Of a stretch of DNA of 64,000 nt, positions 36,984 through 46,731 are shown piece by piece. Numbering within the stretch: the stretch's first letter is position 1; every line of letters starts with the position of its first letter. Location of the stretch: NCBI GenBank assembly GCA_965213705.1, contig OZ243913.1, positions 3,680,001 through 3,744,000 of the forward strand, written 5' to 3'. Made by a program: the position numbers and the translations under genes. This DNA comes from Trueperaceae bacterium. Lineage in GTDB: Bacteria > Deinococcota > Deinococci > Deinococcales > Trueperaceae. The notes below the pieces were generated by a model. It saw nothing but the letters and a program-made list of their open reading frames with translations. It ran no database searches and was not told where the DNA came from.

Positions 36984-38237
36984 CTATCTTACAGGATGAG
37001 CGGGGGGTTCGGCTAGGGCTGACTTGGCAGTGCGCCGACCGAACAAGCGCCCCAGCGGCAAACGTTGGCTGTACTCGAGCGCGCCCGCCTTAAAGAGGGC
37101 GAACGCCGCGTACAGTCCCAACACCACGTAAACGGACAACGCCAGCACGCCGAGCAGCGCCTCGGTTGGGGTGAGGGCGAAAATCGCGTTGCGCAGCAGC
37201 AGCACGAACGGGGCGGTGAGCGGAAAGTAGCTCGTGATTTGCGCGACCGTCCCGTGCGGCGCTTGCAGAATCGTCGAGAAAAAATAAATCGGGCTCACCG
37301 CCAGCAAGATGAAAATAGCGGAGAACCGTCCCGCCTCGCGCGCGCTCGGCATAATCGCGCCGACGCCGATTTGCAGCGAGGCCATGAGTAGTAACCCCGC
37401 GAGAAGGTAGAACAAACCGAGCAGGAGTTGAGCGGGGTTGACCGGCAGCGTCGCTAAGTTTAGTTCGGCGGGCAACGTCGCGCCCAACAGCGCGGCCGCC
37501 CCGACGCTGAAACTGGTCAGCAGCACAAACTGCGTCAGCACCACGCCCATGAGTCCGATGAGCTTGCCCCACACCAGGCGGTAGGGCCGCATCGTCGTCA
37601 GCATGATTTCGATGACGCGGTTTTCTTTTTCTTCGGACACGCCCGTGAGCAGGTAGCCCAGCGACACGTAGATGAGCATAAAGTAGAGCACGACCAGCAG
37701 CCCCGGCAACACGTAGTTCGCCAGCGCGGGCGCGGGCTGGCCGTCGCGGTAGTTCGTGGCGGTCACGTTCAAAGGGCTGTTGAACAGCGCGATTTCTTCC
37801 GGGTCGTTCAGCCCGGCCAAGACGCTCTGCTTGAGAAGCGTTTCGGCCGCGTCGTTGTACTCGCCGCTCGAGAACAGCCCCAAGTCCTGCGCGTAAACCC
37901 GAATCGTTTTGGCGGTCGCCACGTCCGCCGGATAGACGAACAGCGCGTCGACCCTGCCGTCTTTGACGCCTTGCAGGGCGGCGGCTTCGTCCTCTACTTT
38001 TACAAACGGCTTCACGTACTGGCCCGGCGCGATGACGCCCGCCCGGTCGACCACGGCGATTTCTTTGGCCGAGGCGACCTGCGCCTGGGCGCTTTTGGTG
38101 GCGCTCGAGGACGACAGCCCCGAAACCGCGCCGAACACGACAAACACCAGCGGCAGCAGCAAGGTGGTGAGCCAAAACGCCCGGCTCCGCACCACCTTGA
38201 GGTATTCGCGCCGCGCGACCAAACTTATCTGATTCAT
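36984..38237 (-). CDS. ABC-2 type exporter permease (NatB/YhaP-like)
   Basis: VARREY..VRSRAF, EEKENRVIEIML, GKLIG, FPLTAP. Confidence 0.9.
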   Translation of the reverse strand: MNQISLVARREYLKVVRSRAFWLTTLLLPLVFVVFGAVSGLSSSSATKSAQAQVASAKEIAVVDRAGVIAPGQYVKPFVKVEDEAAALQGVKDGRVDALFVYPADVATAKTIRVYAQDLGLFSSGEYNDAAETLLKQSVLAGLNDPEEIALFNSPLNVTATNYRDGQPAPALANYVLPGLLVVLYFMLIYVSLGYLLTGVSEEKENRVIEIMLTTMRPYRLVWGKLIGLMGVVLTQFVLLTSFSVGAAALLGATLPAELNLATLPVNPAQLLLGLFYLLAGLLLMASLQIGVGAIMPSAREAGRFSAIFILLAVSPIYFFSTILQAPHGTVAQITSYFPLTAPFVLLLRNAIFALTPTEALLGVLALSVYVVLGLYAAFALFKAGALEYSQRLPLGRLFGRRTAKSALAEPPAHPVR

Positions 38238-39169
38238 GCCCGTACCCCCTCGTGACTTTTGGACACTTGCAAGAAAATATCGTCCAACGACGGCGTGTCG
38301 ACCTCGAAGGCGACCAGCTCGAGGCCGTTCTGCAGCAGACTCTGCAAGATGCTTTGCGGCGCGACGCCCGGCCGCGGCGTGACGCGCACGGTTTTGACAC
38401 GACTCTGCTTGCCTTTCGGTTTGACCGGTTCGACGTCGTAAAGGTCTGGATTCACGGGAAACTCGCCCGCGAACGAGACGCGCAGGCTGTCGTCGCTGAA
38501 GGCGGCCTTGACCTCGGAAAGCGCGCCGTAAAGTGCGCGTTCGCCTTCGTGAATCATGACCAAGCGTTCGGCGATGCGCTCGACCTCGTCCATCTGGTGG
38601 GTGATGAAGACGATTGAGGAGCCGTTCTTGTTCAGCTCGAGCAGCAGTTCCATAAGCAGCGCGCGGTTGACCGGGTCGAGCGCCTTGGTGGGCTCGTCTA
38701 AGATAAGGAGTTCAGGCTCGTTGATGATGGTCGCGCCGAGCTGGACTTTTTGCTGCTGGCCGCCGGAGAGTTTTTTGATGTCGGTTTTGGCCTTGTCGCC
38801 GAGTCCGACACGCTCTAAATAGTTGGTCGCGCGCTTCACCGCCTCGGCGCGGCGCAAGCCTTTCAACTCGCCGAAGTAGACGAGCGTCTCCAGGACCTTC
38901 GAAGTCGCGTAAAGGCCGCGCTCCTCGGGCAGGTAACCGAGCATGTTGGCCGCCTCGGGTGAGTACGGGCGACCGTCGATGAGTAAATTTCCCTCGTCCT
39001 GCTCGTAAATGCCCAAGAGGGTACGAATCGTCGTCGTTTTGCCCGAGCCGTTCGCGCCCAAAAACGCGAAAATCTCGCCGCGCTCGACCTCGAACGACAG
39101 GTCTTTGACGACTTGAACAGCGCCGAAGCGCTTGGAAAAGTGGTTGACTTCGATAACAGGTGTCGGCAT
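38234..39169 (-). CDS. ABC exporter ATP-binding protein
   Basis: GANGSGKTT, GYLPEERGLY, LSGGQQQK, ILDEP. Confidence 0.93.
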   Translation of the reverse strand: MPTPVIEVNHFSKRFGAVQVVKDLSFEVERGEIFAFLGANGSGKTTTIRTLLGIYEQDEGNLLIDGRPYSPEAANMLGYLPEERGLYATSKVLETLVYFGELKGLRRAEAVKRATNYLERVGLGDKAKTDIKKLSGGQQQKVQLGATIINEPELLILDEPTKALDPVNRALLMELLLELNKNGSSIVFITHQMDEVERIAERLVMIHEGERALYGALSEVKAAFSDDSLRVSFAGEFPVNPDLYDVEPVKPKGKQSRVKTVRVTPRPGVAPQSILQSLLQNGLELVAFEVDTPSLDDIFLQVSKSHEGVRA

Positions 39170-39316
39170 AGCTTAGTCCTTTGCTGTTTTTACAACTCTA
39201 CTGCTCGGACGGTTCGGCATGACGTAAAAATATAGGCTCGAGGCCGAACCCAACCACCTTCAAAAGTATAGGCCGTGAGATGAGCCGGGGCTAAGAAAAG
39301 TGTAATCCCTCGAGCC

Positions 39317-39898
39317 CTATGCAGGGGACGCCGTCGCCGCGAGGCGGAACAGGGCCCAGGCGGCGAGCAGGTTGCCGTTGACCGCCTCGCCCCCGCGCAA
39401 ACGCTCTTCGAAGTCGGTCAGGTTCAACCACTGAAGCGTAATAAATTCCTCGGGCTCGGGGCGTGCGTCGCCCTCGCTGAACCCCTCGGCCACAAACACA
39501 AAGCCCTGAATCGGCGTGCGGCGCGGGTTGACCAGGAACGAGCCCAGCGGCGTCATAATTCGGGCGCGCAGGCCGGTCTCCTCCTCCAACTCGCGGTGTG
39601 CGGCTTGCAGCGGCGTCTCGTGGTCGTCGACGACGCCCCCTGGAAACTCGGTGACGGCGCGCTGCACGGAGTGGTTGTATTGCGCGGCGACGAGCACCTC
39701 GCGCCCGCCCTCACCCTCACTTTCACCACCACTTGCACCCCCGCGCAAACAGATGACGCTCACGAAGTCGTCCAGCTTCTCAAAACGCAGCCAGGCGGTC
39801 TCGCCGCCCGTGGGCAGCGTCACCGAGTCTTCGACGACGCGGATGCGTTCGTGCTCCAACAGCACGCGGGACTCTCGGGTGCGCCAGGGGTCGCTCAT
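39317..39898 (-). CDS. NUDIX hydrolase
   Basis: Nudix box GVVDDHETPLQAAHRELEEETG. Confidence 0.92.
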   Translation of the reverse strand: MSDPWRTRESRVLLEHERIRVVEDSVTLPTGGETAWLRFEKLDDFVSVICLRGGASGGESEGEGGREVLVAAQYNHSVQRAVTEFPGGVVDDHETPLQAAHRELEEETGLRARIMTPLGSFLVNPRRTPIQGFVFVAEGFSEGDARPEPEEFITLQWLNLTDFEERLRGGEAVNGNLLAAWALFRLAATASPA

Positions 39899-40069
39899 AA
39901 GGGGTCGCTCATGGTCTCGAGTCTACCCCGGTCGGTTTCGGTCCCAACAGAAGTTTTACGCTTTCGAAGAGGGGTTCGTTTTTCATCCGGCTCGAGGCCC
40001 TCGAATGAAAGAACCGCAAGGACCATCAACCCTCCAGGTAAACCGGGCGGTCAAGGTAGACTTTACGGC

Positions 40070-40825
40070 GTGCGCGTCATGAGCTTCAACGTCAACGGGA
40101 TTCGGGCGGCCCACCGCAAGGGATTCGCGGACCTGGTCGCCAGGGTCAAACCCGACCTGATCTGCCTGCAAGAGGCCAAGGCGCAGCCCGCCGACATCCC
40201 CTCGCTGCCGGACTACTGCAACACCTGGCACTGCGCCGAGCGAAAAGGTTACAGCGGCGTCGGCGTGTTGAGCCTGCAGCCCGCCGACCGGACGATACAT
40301 GGACTGGGCTTCGAAGCCTATGACAGCGAGGGGCGCGTCCTGCGGGCGGACTTCTCGCGTTTGAGCGTGCTGAACGTGTACGTGCCGTCGGGCTCGAGCC
40401 GCGCGGAGCGCCAAGCCTTCAAAATGAGGTTTCTGGCGGACTTTTACGACCACGTCGAACGTCTGCTAACTGAAGGGCGCGAACTGCTGGTGTGCGGCGA
40501 CCTCAACGTGGCACACAGAGAGGTCGACCTGACGAACTGGCGGGCCAACCAAAAAACGAGCGGCTTTTTGCCCGAGGAGCGCGCGTGGTTCGGGCGGTTG
40601 CTCGAGCTGGGCCTGGTCGACGTGGTGCGTGAACACGCCGGGCCGGAAGCCCCTGTTTACTCGTGGTGGTCACAGCGTTCGGGCGCGCGGGCGCGCAACG
40701 TCGGCTGGCGGCTCGACTACCAACTCGCCACACCCGGTTTGGCGAGCCGGGTCGCTCACGCCGAAATCTTCAAAGACCCCGTCCTGTCCGACCACGCGCC
40801 GGTCGTCGTGGACTACGACGTTTAG
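40070..40825 (+). CDS. xth: Exodeoxyribonuclease III (AP endonuclease)
   Basis: SFNVNGIRA, CLQE, GYSGV, GDLNVAH, YSWWS, WRLDY, SDHAP; TAGACT-N7-GTG. Confidence 0.96.
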   Translation: MRVMSFNVNGIRAAHRKGFADLVARVKPDLICLQEAKAQPADIPSLPDYCNTWHCAERKGYSGVGVLSLQPADRTIHGLGFEAYDSEGRVLRADFSRLSVLNVYVPSGSSRAERQAFKMRFLADFYDHVERLLTEGRELLVCGDLNVAHREVDLTNWRANQKTSGFLPEERAWFGRLLELGLVDVVREHAGPEAPVYSWWSQRSGARARNVGWRLDYQLATPGLASRVAHAEIFKDPVLSDHAPVVVDYDV

Positions 40826-40859
40826 GGGCGCTGTTGTTTAGGGGCGACGTTTAGGGGCG
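40817..40859. repeat. GTTTAGGGGCG x3 at the xth stop codon
   Basis: Three copies spaced 13-16 bp; the first contains the TAG stop. Confidence 0.85.
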
Positions 40860-41061
40860 GAAGCTCTGAGAAAACACAGAAGCCGGCAAACTGCAGAGGT
40901 CTGAGACGCGGTGGGCTTTACCAGACTTGCCGCGGTCATTAGCACGTCGGCACGGCCTCACGGTCGACGACAGCGACTGTGAAATAGGCACCACCGAACA
41001 TGCGCCCTCAACCGTTCCCAAACTACACACCCGGCGCTTTAAACCTCCTAGAGTTTGACGG

Positions 41062-42690
41062 GTGACGTCGCTGTTCCGAATCCACCTGCCCGTTTACCGG
41101 GAGGTTTGGCACTTGGCGTTTCCGGTTATCCTGACAAACTTGCTGATGACGGCGGTCAACGTCGTCGACGTGTTCATGGTGGGGCGGCTCGGCCCGGTGG
41201 AAATAGCGGCGGTCGGCATGAGCAACACGGTACGGATGCTCGTGATGGTCGGCATCTTGTCGGTCACCGCCGGCGCGATGGCACTCGCCGCGCAGGCCAA
41301 GGGCGCGCAAGACCCCGAACGGCTCAGTTTCGTCGCCAAACAAACCTTGTCGTTGACGCTGTTTTTGGGTGCCGCCTTGAGCGTGCTCGGCTATTTCGCG
41401 TCTGAACCCTTGCTCACCTTTTTGAACAGCGGCGGCAACCCGCTGGCGGTGACGCTGGGCACTTCGTACCTCAAGCTGCTGTTTTTGGGCACCGTCTTCT
41501 TGGTTGGCAACTTCGCCGTGAGTAGCCTCATGCAGGGCGCGGGCGACACGGTGACGCCGCTGTTTTTGAGCGGCGGCATCAACTTGTTGAACATCTTGTT
41601 CAACTACCTGTTCATCTTCGGACCCGGTCCGCTGCCCGAACTCGGGGTGACCGGGGCGGCGCTCGGCACGGTGAGCGCGCGGCTGCTCGGTGTGGTGGCG
41701 GGGTTGGCGGTGCTGTACTCGGGCAAAAACGTTATTCGGTTTTATCCAGGCGGCTACCGACCGAACCTGACGATGTTTTGGGATATTTTGAACATCGGCA
41801 TTCCTTCGGGGTTGCAGGGGGTGGTGCGCAACTCGGCGCAGTTGCTGGTGATTCGCATCGTCACCTCGACCGCTGCCGGGACATTCGGGGCGGCGGCGCT
41901 CGCCATCGGGCTGCAAATCGAGTCCTTGGCATTCATGCCGGGACTCGCCATCAACGTGGCCGCGACCAGTTTAGTCGGACAGTCGTTGGGCGCGTGGCAG
42001 GTCGAGCAGGCCAAGGCGCGGGGCAACGCCGCCATCGTGCTGGGCGTAGTGGTGATGACCGCCATCGGGATTCCCTTGTTACTTTTCGCGCCGGCGCTGG
42101 TCAAGCTGTTCGACCCGAGCGCGCAGGCGACCGTGGTAGCGGCGGGCAGTTCTTACCTGCGTATCAACGGCCTCGCCCTACCTGTTTTGGCGGTGGCGAT
42201 GGTGGTGAATGGGGCGCTCCGCGGCGCAGGCGACACCCGGCCGGGGTTGTTCGGCAACATCCTGGGGCGCTGGTTGACGGTGGTACCGCTCGCTTACTTG
42301 CTCGCGCTCACTCTGGACTTCGGCGTGACGGGCGTGTGGTGGTCGCTCGCCGCGGGCACGACGGTGTCGGCGCTGTACGTGTTGCGGCGTTGGCGCAGCG
42401 GGGAGTGGTTGGAGGTCGCGTTGAGACAAACCCCGCTCTACCGGCAACACTTGAGACACCAGGCGCCCGCGGTGCGGCAAGCTTTTTTGCAAGAGGTCCG
42501 CGCGCCCCGGTTGGCGCAAGGAGCGGTCGAACACGTCGAGGCGGACGGCGTGACCTACAGCCTCGAGGGTGAACACACGCACGTCCATTTTTCCGAACAA
42601 GGCTTCGAGGTCGAAGACCGTCCCCTGCCTGCCGCCGTTCTCTCCCCTAAACCGCCCACCAAGGTTCAGCCCAGCTTGGCTCACGACTGA
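41062..42690 (+). CDS. MATE family efflux transporter with C-terminal extension
   Basis: VDVFMVGRLG, GAGDT twice, LGVTGAA, ATSLVGQSLGA. Confidence 0.93.
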   Translation: MTSLFRIHLPVYREVWHLAFPVILTNLLMTAVNVVDVFMVGRLGPVEIAAVGMSNTVRMLVMVGILSVTAGAMALAAQAKGAQDPERLSFVAKQTLSLTLFLGAALSVLGYFASEPLLTFLNSGGNPLAVTLGTSYLKLLFLGTVFLVGNFAVSSLMQGAGDTVTPLFLSGGINLLNILFNYLFIFGPGPLPELGVTGAALGTVSARLLGVVAGLAVLYSGKNVIRFYPGGYRPNLTMFWDILNIGIPSGLQGVVRNSAQLLVIRIVTSTAAGTFGAAALAIGLQIESLAFMPGLAINVAATSLVGQSLGAWQVEQAKARGNAAIVLGVVVMTAIGIPLLLFAPALVKLFDPSAQATVVAAGSSYLRINGLALPVLAVAMVVNGALRGAGDTRPGLFGNILGRWLTVVPLAYLLALTLDFGVTGVWWSLAAGTTVSALYVLRRWRSGEWLEVALRQTPLYRQHLRHQAPAVRQAFLQEVRAPRLAQGAVEHVEADGVTYSLEGEHTHVHFSEQGFEVEDRPLPAAVLSPKPPTKVQPSLAHD

Positions 42691-42809
42691 GGCAGGTCGA
42701 ACGTCGTTACGAAACTGTAAAACGTCTATGTCGTAAAAACCGCCGGAAAACCGCAAAAACGTCTCGAGCCTACCCCTTTTCGCGGGCGTCACGTGGTACG
42801 CTTTGTCCT

Positions 42810-43796
42810 GTGGACGACCTGACCTTTAGACCGCGCTCGCTGCAAGACTACGTGGGGCAAAAACGCCTCAAAGAGAAGTTTTTGGTGTACCTAGAGGCGA
42901 CCAAAAACCGGGGCGACGCGCTCGACCACGTGTTGCTCTACGGCCCCCCCGGACTTGGCAAGACGACGCTGGCGCACATTATCTCTTATGAACTCGGCGT
43001 CGGCATCAAGGTGACGAGCGGCCCGGCGATTGAAAAACCGGGTGACTTGGCGGCGATTCTGACGAATTCGCTCGACGAGGGCGACGTGCTGTTTATCGAC
43101 GAGATTCACCGTTTGGGCCGCGTCGCGGAGGAGCACCTGTACCCGGCGATGGAGGATTTCAAAATCGACATCGTGCTGGGCCAAGGTCCGGCGGCCCGCA
43201 CCATCCGGCTGGACTTGCCCAAATTTACGCTCGTCGGCGCGACCACGCGGCCGGGCCTCATCACCAACCCGATGCGCGACCGTTTCGGGATTGTCGAGCA
43301 CCTGGAATACTACACCACCGAAGAACTCGCCGAAGGCGTCAAGCGCGACGCCAAGCGGATGGACATGGTCATCGACGAACAAGCCGCCTTAGAGATTGGT
43401 CGCCGCAGCCGCGGCACTATGCGCATCGCCAAACGGGTGTTGCGGCGGGTGCGCGACTACGCTGAAGTGGCGGGCGACGACGGGGTCACGTTGGAGCGGG
43501 TGCAGCACGCGCTCGAGGAACTCGGCATCGACGACATGGGCTTGGAGCAGCGCGACCGCGCCATTTTAAACTTGATGATTACCAAGTTCGCCGGGGGTCC
43601 GGTGGGTTTGGGCACCTGGGCGACGGCCGTGGGCGAGGACAAGGTCACGCTGGAAGAGGTGTACGAGCCGTTTTTGATTCAGCGCGGCCTCGTCAAGCGG
43701 ACGCCGCGCGGGCGGGTGGCGACCGAAACGGCGTATCGGCACCTGGGCTACGCCTACGCTGCAGCCAACGAACCCCTGTTTGAAGCCGGAGTTTAA
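42810..43796 (+). CDS. ruvB: Holliday junction helicase RuvB
   Basis: RP.SL.DYVGQ, GPPGLGKTT, FIDEIHR, GATTR, RDRFG, EPFL, RTPRGR. Confidence 0.98.
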   Translation: MDDLTFRPRSLQDYVGQKRLKEKFLVYLEATKNRGDALDHVLLYGPPGLGKTTLAHIISYELGVGIKVTSGPAIEKPGDLAAILTNSLDEGDVLFIDEIHRLGRVAEEHLYPAMEDFKIDIVLGQGPAARTIRLDLPKFTLVGATTRPGLITNPMRDRFGIVEHLEYYTTEELAEGVKRDAKRMDMVIDEQAALEIGRRSRGTMRIAKRVLRRVRDYAEVAGDDGVTLERVQHALEELGIDDMGLEQRDRAILNLMITKFAGGPVGLGTWATAVGEDKVTLEEVYEPFLIQRGLVKRTPRGRVATETAYRHLGYAYAAANEPLFEAGV

Positions 43797-43862
43797 GCGG
43801 ACTGCCGAACGGGTTAAAATTCTGACAAGTTCCGTTGCGCGAATAAGTTTTAATAAAGCCTT

Positions 43863-44951
43863 GTGCTCGAGGGCGACCTAAAAAATTTACCCTTCAACGA
43901 CCTGCTGCAAGTCCTGGCGAGCGGCCAAAAAACCGGCGTGCTCACCGTGACCAAAAAGGGTGCCCAAGCGCGTCTTTACCTGCGCCGGGGACGGCTCGAG
44001 CAAGCGCAGGTCAGGCCGGGAGCCCACTTGGGGGAACTGCTCGTCAAGATGGACCTCCTCACCACTTTCGAAGTTCAAACCCTGCTGGCGCGGCAGGAGC
44101 ACACCGACCCCGGTATGGGTTTGGGACTGCTCGCCGTCGCCGCGGAGTGTTTGAACGCCGACGGGCTCAAACGCGCCCTGAAGGCACAAATTTTGGAAGT
44201 TTTGACCGACCTGGCCGGCTGGCGGAGCGGCAGGTTCTCGTTCGGTGAATACCCGCTCGGCGCGGCGCAACCGCCGAGCGACTACAGCTTCGACACGGGC
44301 TTTTTGCTTATGGAAGCGGTAGGCCGGGTCGACGCGTGGCAACAAGGCGTTTCGCCCGAGCGCGTTCTCGAGCGCGTCGGCGACCCGACGCAAGCCAGCT
44401 TGCCGCACAGCAGTTGGGAACTTTTGGGGCACGTCGACGGGCGGCGCTCGGCCCGCACCGTGGCGGCGGAGGTCGACTTGCCGAGCGCCGAGGTCTACCA
44501 CCTTTTACACCGCCTCGAGACGGAAGGCGTCGTCGCCCCGGCCCGCTATCCGGGTGAAGCCTCGAACGCGCTCGTCTTGTCTGCCAACGAGGCTTTGCAG
44601 CGGCTTATCGCCTTGAGTTTGCAGCGTGCGAACTTCACGGTCTTCAAGGCCGACACGACGGCTGCAGGTCTCGAACTTGTGCAACAGCGACGCCCGCACG
44701 TCATCGTGGTCGACGACGAAGGTGAAGGTTGGGCGTTTGTGCGCGCCCTGCGCGGCTTGACCGGGCGCAGTCACTTGCCCGTCGTGTTGCTCTCCAACCC
44801 CGGACACGGCGGCGCGCCCAACCCCGGCGCACCGCGCACCGGTTTGTTCGGCCGCTTCAAACGCCCTCACGCGCACACGCTACAAAAGCCGTTTCACGAA
44901 CTCGAGCTGCAACAACTCGTCATCCGCGTCGTCGGGCGGCAACTGGCGTAA
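43863..44951 (+). CDS. DUF4388/PATAN domain protein with C-terminal receiver-like domain
   Basis: LEGDL...DLLQ.L....KTG.L, W..G.FSF; C-terminal VIVVDD, PVVLLS, KPF. Confidence 0.85.
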   Translation: MLEGDLKNLPFNDLLQVLASGQKTGVLTVTKKGAQARLYLRRGRLEQAQVRPGAHLGELLVKMDLLTTFEVQTLLARQEHTDPGMGLGLLAVAAECLNADGLKRALKAQILEVLTDLAGWRSGRFSFGEYPLGAAQPPSDYSFDTGFLLMEAVGRVDAWQQGVSPERVLERVGDPTQASLPHSSWELLGHVDGRRSARTVAAEVDLPSAEVYHLLHRLETEGVVAPARYPGEASNALVLSANEALQRLIALSLQRANFTVFKADTTAAGLELVQQRRPHVIVVDDEGEGWAFVRALRGLTGRSHLPVVLLSNPGHGGAPNPGAPRTGLFGRFKRPHAHTLQKPFHELELQQLVIRVVGRQLA

Positions 44952-45046
44952 TGACGACAACGAACAACAGGCGTAGGACGGATTAGGTTCGGAGCAGCTT
45001 GGGACGAATCGGGTTTGCAGCGTGGTCGTACACATCCCAGCCAGGT

Positions 45047-45097
45047 TTGACGGGTGTACAACAAGACTCTATACGGTGTACAAGCAAGACTCCATAC
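45047..45097 (+). promoter_or_regulatory. Promoter-like TTGACG-N17-TATACG overlapped by a 22/23-bp direct repeat
   Basis: GGTGTACAA(G)CAAGACTC(T/C)ATAC twice, at 45053-45074 and 45075-45097. Confidence 0.55.
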
Positions 45098-45188
45098 AAA
45101 GCGTCGAACGGTGAACTTTTCACCTCATTGAGCTGACTTTCTAAAAGTTCAGGTCAAGGTTCGGTGAAGGAATTGTAGGGTGGGAGGC

Positions 45189-45217
45189 TTGCCGCGCCCG
45201 AAAAACCCTGTTATAGT
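45189..45217 (+). promoter_or_regulatory. Sigma70 promoter of the sugar ABC operon
   Basis: TTGCCG-N17-TATAGT with extended TG. Confidence 0.6.
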
Positions 45218-45316
45218 CAACATACTCAATTCGACCGCAACACGCTCCGCAGACCCCGCTCGGGTTGTCTTTCGAGCCGTGACGTGTCGCAATTGGTAAC
45301 TTGAAAGAGGTGAAAG

Positions 45317-46582
45317 ATGAAGAAATGGCTACTGTTAGCAGCTCTAGGTATGGCGGCGACGCTCAGCGCCGCCACCGCCCAGGTGACCGTGTTCGGCGCG
45401 TTTACCGACGCGAGTGAGGTCGACGCGGTCAACGCGGGCTTCGCCCAGCTCGAGGAAGCGACCGGTATCGACGTCACGTACGAAGGCGCGAGCGACTTCG
45501 AGATTTTGGTCAACACGCGTATCGAAGCGGGCGACCCGCCCGACATCGCTTGCTTTCCGCAACCCGGTTTGATGAACCGCTTTTCCGACCGCATCGTCGA
45601 CGTTACTTCGTTTATCGAACGCTCGACCCTGGAAGAGCGCTACCTGCCCGGCCTGGTCGACATCGCGACCGCCTACGACGGCTCGGACAAGGTGCTCGGC
45701 GTGTGGATGCGCGTGGTCGTGAAAAGCCTGGTCTGGTACTCGCCGAAAATGTTTGACGACTTCGGCTACGAAGTGCCCCAAACTTGGGAAGAACTCTTAG
45801 CCCTGTCCGACCAAATCGTCGCCGACGGCGGCGTGCCCTGGAGCGTGTCGATGGAGTCCGGCGCTGCGACCGGCTGGGTTGGCACCGACTGGATAGAAGA
45901 CATCATGTTGCGCACGACCTCGCTTGAAAACTACGACGCCTTTACCGTGCCCAGCAGCCCGGACGAGCGCCTCATGTTCGACTCGCCCGAAGTCAAGCGC
46001 GCCTGGGAACTCATGGGCGACGTGATGCTCGAAGACGGCTACGTGTTGGGCGGCACCGACCGCATCCTGGGCGTCAGCTTTTTCGACACCGGCGTGCCCA
46101 TCGTCGAAGACCAAGCGTTCATGACCAAGATGGGCTCGTTTATGCCGCCCTGGTTGGGTGACCGTCTGGACGGCCTGGAAATTGCCCCCGACGGCGACCT
46201 GTGGTACTTCGCGTTCCCTTCCATCGACGAAGAGTACGGCAACCCAGTTCTTATCAGCGGCGACGTCTGCTCGATGTTTGTCGACACCCCCGAAGCGCGT
46301 CAGGTCATGGAATACATGACCCAGCCCGAGTTCTTGGAACCCGGCATCGCGGCGGGCGTGTTCGTGTCCCCGGTATCGTCCGTCGACCCGAGCGTGTACC
46401 GCGAGCAAGAGCGCGGCCTGGCTGAAATTCTCGCCAACGCCGACAGCGTGCGCTTTGACGGCTCGGACCTGCAACCCGCCCAGGTCGGCGCGGGCAGCTT
46501 CTGGCAAGGCATTGTCGACTACATTCAGGGCACCGACATCGACACGGCGCTGAACAGCATCGACCAAACCTGGCCCCAGTAA
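45317..46582 (+). CDS. Carbohydrate ABC transporter substrate-binding protein (AglE-like)
   Basis: Signal peptide; PQPG, KSLVWY, ESGAATGWVGTDWIEDIMLR, RFDGSD. Confidence 0.92.
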   Translation: MKKWLLLAALGMAATLSAATAQVTVFGAFTDASEVDAVNAGFAQLEEATGIDVTYEGASDFEILVNTRIEAGDPPDIACFPQPGLMNRFSDRIVDVTSFIERSTLEERYLPGLVDIATAYDGSDKVLGVWMRVVVKSLVWYSPKMFDDFGYEVPQTWEELLALSDQIVADGGVPWSVSMESGAATGWVGTDWIEDIMLRTTSLENYDAFTVPSSPDERLMFDSPEVKRAWELMGDVMLEDGYVLGGTDRILGVSFFDTGVPIVEDQAFMTKMGSFMPPWLGDRLDGLEIAPDGDLWYFAFPSIDEEYGNPVLISGDVCSMFVDTPEARQVMEYMTQPEFLEPGIAAGVFVSPVSSVDPSVYREQERGLAEILANADSVRFDGSDLQPAQVGAGSFWQGIVDYIQGTDIDTALNSIDQTWPQ

Positions 46583-46616
46583 AAGTTGCATGAGTAAACA
46601 CCGCATCTAGGTGGTC

Positions 46617-46645
46617 GGGGAGGGTCGCAAAGACCCTCCTCTTTT
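46617..46645 (+). terminator. Intra-operon stem-loop after the binding-protein gene
   Basis: GGAGGGTC-GCAAA-GACCCTCC plus T-run. Confidence 0.65.
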
Positions 46646-46731
46646 AATTTTCGGCAAAAAGTATGTTAGGCTGGCGGTCAAAGCCAAGCTTGACGAAAAA
46701 CCGACCTACAGGGAACGAGGAGGGATTTTAC

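Noticed and set aside
40880..40940. c-di-GMP-I riboswitch suggested by GGCAAAC
   Set aside because: No GNRA-capped stem or GACGCAAAG-type downstream consensus.
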